Notes under the pieces: model-generated
What the model saw: the letters and a program-made list of their open reading frames with translations, nothing else
What the model was told of the DNA's origin: nothing
The model's database searches: none
Shown: one piece after another, positions 12,084-24,492 of the stretch
Layout: every line of letters starts with the position of its first letter
Position numbering within the stretch: the first letter of the stretch is position 1
Origin: Spirogloea muscicola
Taxonomy: Eukaryota
NCBI GenBank assembly: GCA_009602725.1
Contig: WELB01000001.1
Coordinates: 112,272 to 153,576 of the forward strand
Length of the DNA: 41,305 bases
Reading direction: 5' to 3'
Translations under genes and position numbers: made by a program

Positions 12084-15000
12084 ATGGTGGCAATGGAGCA
12101 ATTGAAGAAACGGCTTTCGCCGCTTATGTGCGACCTGAATTCCAGAGCTCCGGACACGTCTGATATGTCCATTGACGTGACGGCCTCATATAAGGTGTCT
12201 ATGCCAGATCATCTATCCCTTGTGTGACAGCATTTGCTGTAGACCTGCAGGTCTGCAGATATAGCAGGATACTCAACAACGACAGTTCTGCACCTGTAGA
12301 GTGCTACATCTTAATCACAGAGTTTGAGATCCTTCACGCCTGCCTTTACTCTTGTTATGTTTAAGCTCTCCAGTAGCTGCTAAACTCAACACCTGGCTAC
12401 TCAGAGGAAGCAGCTAACACTGCAGATACGGACTGGATGAGCTGAGCCGAGCAAAGAAGCCTGCACCTTGTGCCTGAAAAACGTCATTTTGATCAAAGCT
12501 CTCAATCTGGTGTGTCATAGGTGTCGGATGAAGGTACTCTGAATCTGCAGAGCCAAACCAGGGGAGACTTTGCCATAAACTCAGAAGGGCTGCAGTTCCA
12601 GAGAGTAGTGAGCACACGAGGTGATGACAAGGACGCAGAGGGAACAAGCAGGGAATACAATTATCGAATTGCTTCAAAGGACATGTGCCTTTTTGGTGCA
12701 ATCGGCTTTGGAGCTAGCAGTGTAGTGAGGAAAGCTGTGCATATTCCAACCCATCGGATTGTGGCCCTCAAGAAGATCAACGTTTTTGAAAAGGTCAGCA
12801 GAGCTGCTTGCATGGTAGTCTGAAACAGTAGCTTGTCGTCCGTGGCTATCTGTGATCTCGTCAATCTTGCTGTTACCTGCCATTGTCATCCTCACAACTC
12901 CAACACTGAAGGACAGCGTGCCAATTATGAGGAGATCTACCATCCACCGGTCTTGTCAGAAGCAGTCTCTGCACTTGCTTCATAATAAATATGAACCGCC
13001 TTCGGCTGTCCCTTGGTGGAAACCATGTGTCAGGTATGTAGACTGCTCAGTCGGCAGTCTGCTGTTCTAGCTCTGCTTGACCTTACTGGCTTGCCTCTGA
13101 TCTAGAGCAGGACAAGAGGAGCCTTTTGATGAACGAGATTAAGCTACTCTGTGAGGCACCAAATGCCCGTGGTCTTGTGGAGTTCTATGGAGCATTCTAT
13201 TCCCCAGATAGTGGTCAAATCAGCATTGCACTTGAGTACATGGACGGAGGATCATTGGCAGATGTTGTGCGTGAAGCAAAGACAATTCCAGAGCCTATTC
13301 TGTCAGTCATCACACGCAAAGTCTTGCACGTAAGTGTCCAGATGCGCATGGCATGTACTTCAGACCAGGCTGTGAAAGCTAGTGCTGCTCTTGTTGTTCA
13401 TATTAACGGATGCAGATCTTAAGACATTCGATTGAAGTAGAGGTCAGGGTGAAGCTAATCTACACACAACATTGGGCACAATTGCACGGTCTTTGAGCTG
13501 TAACAGATGCTTTCTTCTTCTTTTGCTGTTGATTAGGGCCTCTGCTATCTCCATCAAAGTCGCCACCTTGTACATCGTGACATCAAGCCTGCGAATCTGC
13601 TGATGAATCTTTCGGGGGAACCTAAAATCACTGACTTCGGGATCAGTGCTGGCCTTGACAACTCAATAGCCATGGTGAATGCAGCAGAAGGGATGAGGAA
13701 GTTGTGTCTGTTGCATAACTTTTTGACCAGCAATCTGCCTGCACATTCAGTTGTCCTGAATTGGCAGGCACATGTAAATATGTTAGTTGCACAAGGCCTG
13801 ACTTGATAGTCGAAGGGCCTCTCTCAGCAGTGACTTCCAGGCCAGAGTGGGTCCCATCCTGAAAATCATCAACTGTGACGATGCAGTGTGCAACATTTGT
13901 GGGAACTGTAACCTACATGTCACCTGAGCGAATAAATAATCAACAGTATTCATATCCAGCTGACATCTGGAGCCTGGGTTTGACGCTGCTTGAATGCGGA
14001 ACAGGAGAGTTTCCATACAATGCAGACAAAGGACCTGTTACTCTCATGCTACAGGTTAGTTTCGGTTGGCCTCGTCTGTCATGTACATCTGACATGACTA
14101 TCTATTGAGGCTAGTGTGTGATTGCTCCATTACGCTGGCTTTCAAGCACAAGGAAGTAGCTAGCATCTACATTCACAAAAAGTACCTGATGAGCAGTGAC
14201 CCTCAGCTGACATTCATAATCTCATATTCCAATGCTGTTAAGTGTCCCTGTTACTGTTGCATACACCATCAATGCTAGGCTCACATTGACCGGAATGTGT
14301 GCAGGTGATGGAAGACCCTTCCCCTAGCCCTCCTGCGGAGAGGTTCTCACCCGAGTTCCGGTCCTTTGTGGATGCTTGTCTCCTCAAGGATTCCAGGGCA
14401 AGACCAACAGCAGAGCAGGTAGAACATGACTGCTCTTGCTGATGACTACTTATGCGAGTTATGTCCAACTCACAGTACTACTGGCTCTCATCAACATAAG
14501 ATGCAGAGCTACTATGCCAGCATGCCAAGGAAAATGGAGCTCTAATACTAGTGTGCACCTTGACATGTTGCACCTTGTGTCACATGTGTGTTCACGCCAA
14601 AGTAAAAGCTTCTCTTTATCCTGGCAGTTGCTGCAACACCCCTTCATAAGAAAGTACGAGAACATGGATGTTGATCTACCCAGCTTCATTCACAGCGTCT
14701 TTGATCCTTGCCAGCGTCTGAAAGATCTGTCAGATGTAATTCTTACTCCAGAGCATGCCCTGGCTGTGCCTTGATTGTCCTTTGCTCATATAGATAAAAG
14801 GCCACAGCTTAGCTGTGGTGTCGTCAGACCATTCGTACTTTAGGATCGCACACATCAATCTCTGGATGGGCAATGAAATAGGGGCAGCCCATGTTGATGG
14901 TTGCCAACTCAGAACAGAGTCCTGATTAGAAAGTGAGGCATTTCCACAATGGGCTGATGGTTGCAAATTTGGAGCAGAGTCCTTTTTAATTACTGAGGCG

Positions 15001-15699
15001 TTTCCACATCGGTGCAGATGTTAACCATTCACTACTATATGCTGTTTGACGGCCCCAACAGCTCCTGGAAGCACATGGAGAGCTTCTACAGACCATCATC
15101 TGCCTTAGTGTGAGCTCAGACCCATCAGCAAGTGATGCTCTGCATCGTCGGTGGCGGCATTGTAAGCTTGCTGTGCACCGCTTGAATGAAGGGGGTGGTT
15201 GGAGAGTTGGAGGGCGAGCTTGAGGGGGCTTTGTTTCAGACCATGACTTCATGACCAAATTCAGTGGGGCAAGAGAGCAATATGAGCATGGGCTTAAAAG
15301 CGGCAGCTGATTGCCTTGCATGTGTGCAGTTTTGCAAATCAGCGCCACGAGGGTCCGACCAGGATATTCACACTGCTGACGCAGGTGCGCAACCAGCTGG
15401 CAGGGCCGCGCCCTGGCGAGCGGCTGGTGCACACGGTGGAGTTTCTCGACTGCCGGCCGGATGGCAAGTATGGCCTCCAGGTCCGGGTGATTGGCAGCCT
15501 GGTTGCTGGCACACACTTCATACCGGCGGGGGACGGCGCGCAGGTGGAGGGTGTGGGACGGCCATACCAGCTGGGCACGCCGCGGCCAGAGCATAAGCTG
15601 GGCAGCTTCTGGGAGTTGATCACTTTTGAGTCAGGCGAGTTGCAGGGGTCCTACTGGATCTCCAAGCAGGAGCTGGCTATCAAGAAGCTGCCCAGGTAG
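12084..15699 (+). CDS. MKK3: Group B MAP kinase kinase with C-terminal NTF2-like domain, multi-exon
   Basis: [70 protein letters not shown], then [20 protein letters not shown] ... YWISKQEL. This matches the architecture of plant MKK3. Confidence 0.96.
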
Positions 15700-16531
15700 G
15701 GGGCTGCTGCGCTAGCGCGCTTGAGCTCATCAGCAGGCCTCTCCACCCCCGCCCCTCCACTGCAGCATCCAGCAGCACCCCCATGCCCGCAGCTCCATGC
15801 CCCAGCTTGGGCGCTGCTTGCTCATGTCACTTTTGTGGCACCAGCGGGCCAGCATGGTCAAGTGTCTGCAACACCAGTGCCTGGCAGCAGATTTGCTGCC
15901 CCTCACCTTTTTAAGATACCTCCCCAAAGGGGACAAGTGGCTGCTGCGGAAGAACGTGTGGCAACGTGAATGAGTTTCTGGGGAACACATCACAGCAGAG
16001 TAGCAGCCAGAAGGCAGCTACTTTGCCAACGTCTTGCTTCGAGAGCCAGTGGTGGTCACCGTAACTCGCACTCACTGCAGTGCTTTTGATTTATGCGAGC
16101 TTTGCAGAGCCTAGGGAAGTCATAGAAGTTGGATTCGACCTGTGCTCTCAAGCTGTAGCCACGATGCCAATCGTCTGCTGTCAGGCAGCAGCAAGGTCCT
16201 CCGTGCCATGATGGAATATGCGTCAGGGCAACACCGGGCTCCCTGTTCTCCACTAGCTGTGACACTTTTGCAGGGTGATTGGCTGCTGAACACAATGCAG
16301 GCCAGGCTGTCTGCTGTGATCGTGCAGCGAGGCACAGGCCGCTTGCCACCACTATCTTGTAGTCACAGTTGTGCACCTGGCACTCTTGCGAGTACTTGAG
16401 CGGAAGTGACAGCGAGCGCTGCCCAAGCAGGAGCACCAGTGGCAAGGCCCCAGGCACCTGAGCTTCGTCGAGTCCCAATGCGACAGTAGCTCTACTGCAC
16501 TTGGCCGATGGGCTGGGAGAGGGTGGGCGGG

Positions 16532-19500
16532 CTAGGAGGCCGCGACCCTGACGGCCCCCGCCGGTATCGGCACGGCAAACGCGTCGAGGCTAGGCGCGGC
16601 AGCTGCAGAGGCGGCGGCCTTGCGGGGCCGCCGCACACCCCCCGGGCCGAGAGGAATGCGCGCCTCCAGCAGCAGCGCGCTGTACGACTGCAGGTCGTAC
16701 TTGCACTCCAGCCTGGCCCCGAACGAGCACAGGCAGAGCAGCGCAGGTCGGGTGAGCTTAGCCCGCCCACTTCAGCACACCGCCGCAGGTCAGAGCCGGC
16801 CGCTAGCTCCGTCCTCCTGATAACACGAAGCGGATTGCGGCAGCTTTCTGCTAGAATTTTCCATTGCAGCACGAGCAATTGTGCTGCAGCACGAGATATT
16901 GCATGCCAGCCTCAATCGCGCTCGCAGGCGAGTGAATGCATGTCAGACGACCTGCAGCAAAACAAAGACCGAGAAGAGCGAGTGGAAGGGCTCACCCTTC
17001 CTCGGCCGGGTGGATCTCCGTGCCACCGAGGTCATAGTCATGCGGAGAATTGAGGGAGGTGTCCACCACACGAAACCTTTCAGGAATAGCTTCCCAGTTA
17101 GTTGACGGCCCGGCTTTCAGTGGTGTGTTGCACAGGTCATAGGGGTGTCACGAGAGGCACGCTCGAGGCAATTGCAATAAGCAAAAGCGATTATGGCAGC
17201 TCAGCAGCTTACCAGCCCATGCCATCGGAAGCTTCTGGGAGCGTGATCGTGACAGGGTAGTGGTGAGCATTGAAGGCAATGTACAAGTTTCCTTTGTCTG
17301 GGTCCCCGATGACGGTAGGCCGGGGCTTACGACTAGCTTTACTGCTCGGCGCACTCTGAATCTCAAATCCGAGGAAGCAGCTGTCAACAGAATGGCAATG
17401 GCGTCAGCGATGGCAAGCGTGGTTCTTTTAGGTACTGTAGCAGGCCGCATGGCCTTGGATCTAATGCGAAAATAACAACCACAGAGGGCCTGCGAAGGAC
17501 GAAGAAGCCAAAGGAGCACAAGACAATCTGGCTGCATCTTGGCTGCCATAGACAGCAACCACCGCACCTGTCGGGGCTGTCCCATGCCGGCTGCAGGGGC
17601 GTCAGGCCGTGCCAGGTGACACAGTTGGGGGGCAGAAAGTCGCGCCTCTGCAGCAAGAGCAGTGTGTAAGCGGAGGCGGCTTGAAGCAGTTGGTCGCTCA
17701 GCATTTGTTGCAGGCAACAGACGCCGCCTGCTCCATTCATGGAGCAAACGGGCAGCCCAGTGGCCAGCTCGTCCTTTCGAGCGCGGAGAGATGCACACAG
17801 AAGACGATTTTGGATCCAAAAGCTGCTCCTCTAGGGGGAGGCCATAAGCGCTGCCAGCGTTGCTAGCATAGTAGCTGGCCACAACGAGTTGGCTCCCACA
17901 GAGGTGCTCGCACCTGCAGCAGAGCCTGCCGCCGTTTCCGGAAGGCTGACAGGCAGGAGATGAAGCGCGTCATGTGCAGGCCGAATTCGCTGTCCAGAGC
18001 GTCCCACCGGAAGCAGCTGTCACTGCGTATTGCAAAGACAGTCAGCGTCAACCACTTTCGACATGAAATATTGAACAACTGCTGCTCCGCTGCTCTGCAA
18101 AGTCCATGGCGAAGTTGACAATTTCAACCAATAGTGCACCGGCAGTCTGGCAACCAAGCAGCATGCAGGGCAAAGGGAGAGCGATTGCACTCACGTATCC
18201 TCGGGGAGGGTGCTCCCACCCTTGGTGTGCCCATACTCATCGCCCATAGACACAACGGGGACACCTTGCGCGATAAGGAGGCAGAACAGAAAATTCTTGA
18301 CCTGCGCGAACCAGGCCCTGCCGTTCCTCAAGACGGGACGCAACTGCTACAGGAGCTTGGTGACAAAGGCACGCCTGTCATGGACAATTCAAGAAGAGGG
18401 GTATGCAGCTAACATGCCTTCTCGTTTGCAGGCCCACCTGCCTGACGCGTGTCTCCATGACCATGAAGTTGTCACTGGGCCCCTCCTCGCCCGAGTTCCA
18501 GCTGACAGAAGGATCAAAGAGTATGTTGAGCGAGTGGGCATGGCCACAGTTCTCAAGAACGCCGCCAGTGCTTGATTAGTTGTAAGCATGGAGTTTGAGA
18601 TGGAGGTCACAAGTAAGCAACACATGCACATAGATGCTTCACTGATGTTACATGACAGGAGAAGGGCCTCACTCAGCCAGACAACCAGACAATTCACCTG
18701 ATCTCCGACTCCGAGCTGCGCACCCAGACGAGACAGTGTAGATTAATTAAATCTGTGGTGGATTGCTTGATTCCAGCATGAAGCTCTTGGCACTAGCGAG
18801 ATCTTCCACGGATGCCGGCAGAATCATCATTGCATACAGTTCTGAAACACCGGCCTTAGGCATGCTGACAGCAACAGCCTACATTAATGCTGGGCAGCCA
18901 CCGAGGTGAGCTACCCACGTCCACCACTGACCTGAAGCTGACCAGGTCAGCCAGCGAGAAGCCATAGGCGGCGGTGATGCGGTTGAAGGCGTGATGAGGC
19001 CCTCTTCCGTTAGCCAGAACATCAGTACTGACATGAAAAGAGGAGGATGTTAAGAGAGGCATCAATGCCATCTTCGGCCCCTAGGACCACGGTGCATCCG
19101 TCATGTGACCATTGAATGTCTGGCAGTTGACAGTCATGCCAAGCTGCATAAACAACCCAGATCTCTGACATACTCAACCTACTCAACAGAACTGCATCAG
19201 ACTAGCCAATGAACAGAAGATTGCATGGTTAAGCAGATGGTCCTCGAAGAGCACCTGCCAACTAGCCTGGTGGCCAGGCTGCTAAGTTGACCACATTCGC
19301 CACGCATCCAGCGCCTGACATCGTCTTTGAAATTGACATTCCACTCCGACCACCTCCCCCAGTGGGGGAATGTCATGTCCTGCCAGACAAAGATGCACCA
19401 TTTAGCTATATTTGATTTGCCTCACATAGCAAGATAGTGTTGCACGTATAATACGACCAAAACAAGCAAGCGGGCAATGTTCATCATTTCCACTGTGTAG

Positions 19501-22500
19501 ATTCGTCATCAAGAAGAAAAGTCTGTGGAAGAGCATACCTTCACCTGCCCTGTTGGTGGGGAGGAGGGGTCGGCTATGAGCTTCACATCTGCGAGGACTG
19601 GATCAAAGGATAGAGCTTCGACCAGCAAGGGCCTGCTGACCTCCTGCCCGTGAGGGCCAGTGGTCAGCGCCACCGCATTTGGGAATGAGAACCCGTCAAT
19701 GTGGTACTCCTCCACCCAGTGTCTTAGGCTATCTACAATCTGCAAACACACACGAGCAAGGGCCTGACAAGTCAGAATGTGAATAACGGTTGTGACAGTG
19801 CCACAAGCCCCAAATCTCCATCGTCGACAAAGACCTGGTTTCCTAATCTGGATGCAGACTTTGCTGATGATGTTTTTCCTAAACATTGCTAAACATCCTC
19901 CTTCAGGTCTGTCTAAGTGGGCAGGGAATATGACCATTCTTTGCACAGCTGGGTGGTTGCAGTTGAATTCGCATCCAGCACCATATTCTGGCACTGCGAG
20001 CCTGCAGGATGTGCAATGAATGACTCAATGCAAAATTAGAGGCAGATTGTACAGTGCTCCACATGCTGCACACAATCCCAACAGCTTGGCAAGAACACTG
20101 TTGTGAAGCCAGATGCCTTGACCAGGCTGCAAGGGCATGGCACTGCAATGTCTAGCTGCATCAAGCGACTGAAGGTGCGCTAGTCTTTACAGGAAATGCA
20201 CACTGCACAGCAGTGAACGTACCCTCCGTGCTGGTCAATTATGTAGTATACAGAACTGTCAATGCCACGAAATGAGACTGTTAGTGGGTTCTCGTCACTA
20301 CGCTCTGCTGTATGGCTGTAGAGAACGTTCATGAATACCTGCAAGAAATAAGCACGTTGGGCACTCAGGTAAAGCATGGCCTCAAGGGGCCTCACCTTGA
20401 CAAATCCACCATGTAGACCTTTTGAGAACAGTAATGAGCTGCTCAAGGTCGTACACATGTTGACAACTTCCGCCAACAGCAGTATTGACAGGACACCTAA
20501 TAAGCCTTGGTGCCAATATAAACAAAGCGCTTGACATTGGAGAAAGACATACCTCGATGCCATGCGTGTGTAGCTCTTTAACCATGGCTTTCAGCCAGAA
20601 ACTTGCAGCCAAATCACTTCCTTGGGGACCAAAACTCGGATCTGGAGCAAAGAAGCTGCGACACAGGCCTCATAACGACAGTGACTGCAAACTTCATGGA
20701 GCTGCCAGATGGAATTGCTCATTGCACGCTACATAGAAAGAAGAAGTTGCCTAGTAGCCATTGTCAATAATCTTTGGCACTGCACTCTACAAGGCAGCAC
20801 AAACCTTATGGGAAAATTGTAACCTTGGTTTTCATCAAAAGCTGCTATGGGCTGCAGAAGGACTGCGTTGACACCTGCAAGTTTGCAAAAGGAATTGCAT
20901 AAGAGGACAAACTAATGGTCAAGCACATGCAAGTAGGCAATACGAGGAGAACTCTTCACACCGAAACAGGGGGAATTTGCACCCTTCCTACTCTCAAGTG
21001 CACTGTGAAAGAAGGAAGACACCATTTCTGCTTGCTAGCTTGGACCTGACTACATCACCCCTACCTAGATTTAGAAGGTGCTCAATCTTCTCCATGACTC
21101 CTGCAAAGGTTCCTCGAAGCTCCTCATCAATCTGACTCGACTCATCTATTGTGAAGCCACGCACATTCATGTCATAGACAGAGAGCTTCTGCATTGGTAA
21201 CCTGCATTCAGCACCCACAAGAGAATTAGTAAGGTGATCCAGGGACTTATAAATACTGCCCACAACTGGCATCAAACTCCTTGCCGGTGAAATGAGGTTA
21301 TCAAGTCTCAGTAGTTGCTGGCACAGGCCCAAGTGCACCTAGGGGGATAGTCATCCTCCCAATCAAAGCTCATGTCTGGCTTGCAGAGGAGACCCAGGGC
21401 AGCAGCTGGTGACGGCAACTCCTCTGCAAATGTTGAAGAAATTGCAGATATTATCAAATCGGTTCCTCACCATGCACAGGGCTTGTGCCAGTGTCATAGT
21501 TGGACCTCCACAACATACAAATGTACCTCTAGGATGATGAGGAGCCATCTTTACCAGGTTGAAGCATAAAGGGTCCTTCATGTGTTACCTTGGCCTGGTA
21601 CAAGATTTGCAATTGTGTGAGCATAAGGGTCAAGAAGAACGTGGCGGGAGTGGAAGCGGCTCCCATGCTCCCAGCTGATCTCGCCCTGCAATATTGATAT
21701 CCTGCTTAGGCTTTGTACTGCTACAAGGGGAGCATGCTTCTGGACCATCTGTGACAGCAACAGTGTGTACTTCAAAGATTCCACCAGCCAGCATTGAGCA
21801 ACGGACCTTCACTCGATAACCATATCGCATATAGGAAGACACGTCCCGGAGCTGAATGTGCCACACATCTGCAGTGCGATGTGCTGCAGGCTCCAAGTCT
21901 ATCTCCATCTGCCAGATGCTTCTCTTGTCACCACCTTTGCTAATCAGAGAGACCCATTACCAGAAATGGAATGCACGATGGCAGGTAGCACAACTGTCTC
22001 AGCACAATCACAGCAATAGGGTGACTAGTACTGCAATCGCAAAACAGGAGGATGTCATTGCAAAAATGTATATGATCTTACAGAGGGTTCTGCAGCGTCT
22101 TCAGTGTACAAGCAGAGGACGACACCATCTGCATTGCGAGAGTACAGGGCGAAATTGACAGAGCCATCTGCCAACCAGGTGCATCCAAGTGGCTCTGGCC
22201 TGCCCTTCTTCATGCCAATTGGCAGACAAAAGTTGGACAGCCGCGTGGACCTGGCCAGAATGGACTGACACGCACGGTGAATTCCAGCCAGCTATTTAGC
22301 TGAAATATTTGGAAGCAGATATACCAGATAATCGAGCAAGACGTCATAAGCCTGTGCAGCCTTTATTGCAAATTCCTAAAGAAGTAGGACGCATGCTAGG
22401 TGCAAACCTTAACCAGAGCTCCTTCTCTCCATCGTCCTCGGCAGGCTGGTAGAGTACAAAGCTTAGACCAAGAGGTTGCATGCCGGCATCAAGAGTGATT

Positions 22501-24085
22501 TGGAGGGTGCAAACACCATCTGCCTCCTCAACCCAAGGACTTCTCATGGCCTCTACACTGCATTGGGCAGGCAGACAGGTACACGGTGAACTCCTGCACC
22601 AGGACTACGACGGGGTTTGCAGTACAACTCATACGTGTACTATGAGCTACTGCAGAGCTATAACACCACAACTATATGGTTGTGTCACTAAGGCCTCGAG
22701 TCCTCACTCATCTTCCAGAAAGCGAGTACCGGGAGGGGCTTGGCTGGCCTCTAGCATCACCCATCCTTCCCTGTCAGACCGAAAGAGCCCCTGCCAAGGT
22801 GCACCTATGATATGTTTTCAGATGGCCATGGTTGTTGGTAGATCCAGGCGCACATGGAGTGACTGACAAATACTTCACTTTATACCAGTATGCCCTCTGT
22901 CAGCTGACCAAGGGTTGCTGGAAATAATTGGTAGCAGTAAGCAACAGAAGCTACCAAAGCAATGAGTCCATCTGCCTGCTCACCCAGTGCAAGTATAGAG
23001 GTCTATCTCTATGGAGCTTCATTTCTGTCGTACATGCCTCCAAGTCCACAACCACTTTTCCCGACAACTCCGCCACCCATGCTGCCACCTGCTCGCATCA
23101 ACGCAGCAGCTCAACAATAAATCGTGCCATGCTGCCATCACACCTGCAGACTGCCTGAGGAATTCCAGATACTCATCGTCCCTTTCTAGTCAACATACGA
23201 AACAAGCGCACTGCGGATCACCTGATTTAGGATGAAAAGCAGCAAACTGCACCGGTGCTATCAACTTGTCAGGCAGTAAAGGGGCTCACCTGTCCACCAC
23301 CCTCAACGTGCATAACGTACTTCTCAGAGGCGTCCCGGCGCCCCGGCACCCGCAGGCCAGCCTCGTCGGGGCCGGGGGATGACTCAACGGGCGGACCATT
23401 GCTGCTACTCTCGAAAGCCGAGTTCCAAACAGCAAGGGCCCCGTCGCGACGGTCAGCGTCTGACCCTTGATGCCCCTCCCAGGACGACGACGACGACGAC
23501 GACGGGGCCGCCGACGAGGTCGACGACCCGATCGCGCCGGCTGCCTCGTCAGGATCGCGCGGCGGCGGCGGCGCCGAGGAGCTGCTCCGGCGTGGCTCGA
23601 TCTCTCGCCCGTCCTGCCCGGCCTGGTCTTGCTGCGCACGAGCTGCGCCTGGCCGTCTCGCCGGCGCCTGGCTGACGCCAGTCCTGGAGTCCCGCCCGGC
23701 GCGTAGGCAAAGTCCGGTCTGCTCAAGGAACGGGTAAGGACCTGCGGCGAGTCAGGCCGCGCTGACGAGCGCCACCAGCAAGCAGGCCGGCCCGGATCTG
23801 CAGCTGCTGCTCCTTGCAGAGCTACGCGGCCGGAAGATGAGCTTAACTAGCGTTTGAACAGCCACGCAAGCGGAGGCCGACGAGAGGAGGAGCGTCCAGT
23901 GACTGCCACTGGCCACGGCCGTCGCCGATTACCTGCGAATGAGCGCCGCCTTGTGGCAAGGGACCTGCGGCCCTCGGCTGGCAGCTAGCGTGCCATGCGG
24001 CGAGGCGAGCTCCGCCACACGGCTCCGTCGCCGCCGACGCCGCCGCGGGCGCCGCGACTGCCGGCGGCCCTCGCAGGGCGGCCAT
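16532..24085 (-). CDS. ISA2: Isoamylase 2 (non-catalytic GH13 starch-debranching subunit) with putative plastid transit peptide, more than 20 exons
   Basis: Exons encode LLDPYA, RGTFAGVMEKIEHL, RGIDSSVYY, NCNHPAVQRMIVDSLRHWVEEYHIDGFSFPNA, RPLLVEALSFDPVLADVKLIAD, FPHWGRWSEWN, SWNSGEEGP, QGVPVVSMGDEYG, LYIAFNA and WFRVVDTS. The start codon and the C-terminal tail are less certain. Confidence 0.9.
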
Positions 24086-24492
24086 GGCCGCTGCGGGAGC
24101 CGGCGAGGCGGCTGCGGCGAGGAATGCGGCGGGGCGGGGGGGGGAGCTGCCACGGGAAAGGCGAGCTGCGAGAATGAAGAGAGTGTGTGATTGTGTGCTT
24201 GTGCCAGGGCTTGGCTTGATGCACGGCATCCGTTGATCTAAGAAGAGGCTGCGGAATGTGGCGGACGGCCAGTTTGGGGGCTAATTCAGTCGCCTCGCCC
24301 GAGAAGAGAGAGCTAGACACAGTCAGTGAGGGCTTAAAAGGGACGGAGATGAGCTTCTCGGGACAGTGGAGGAGAGGTGAAAGGGAGAGGAGAGGGGCTT
24401 GGCAAATTGCTCACTCCGAAAGAGCTCCGCCCCGCGCAGCCCGCGGCGCCGCCGGCGGCGGCGAGGCCACGAGGAGCCGCGCCGCGCCGGCC
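24086..24492. promoter_or_regulatory. Putative shared divergent promoter and 5' UTR region of ISA2 and INTS3
   Basis: The inferred start codons point away from each other about 400 bp apart, with GA-rich tracts between them. Confidence 0.5.

Noticed and set aside
23738..23971. 11-nt direct repeat (GCCGCAGGTCC, minus strand) at possible ISA2 intron-1 ends, suggesting an Introner-type TSD
   Set aside because: It overlaps the splice consensus and no TIRs are visible. An alternative GTAATC donor with a GAGCAG acceptor restores the frame equally well.
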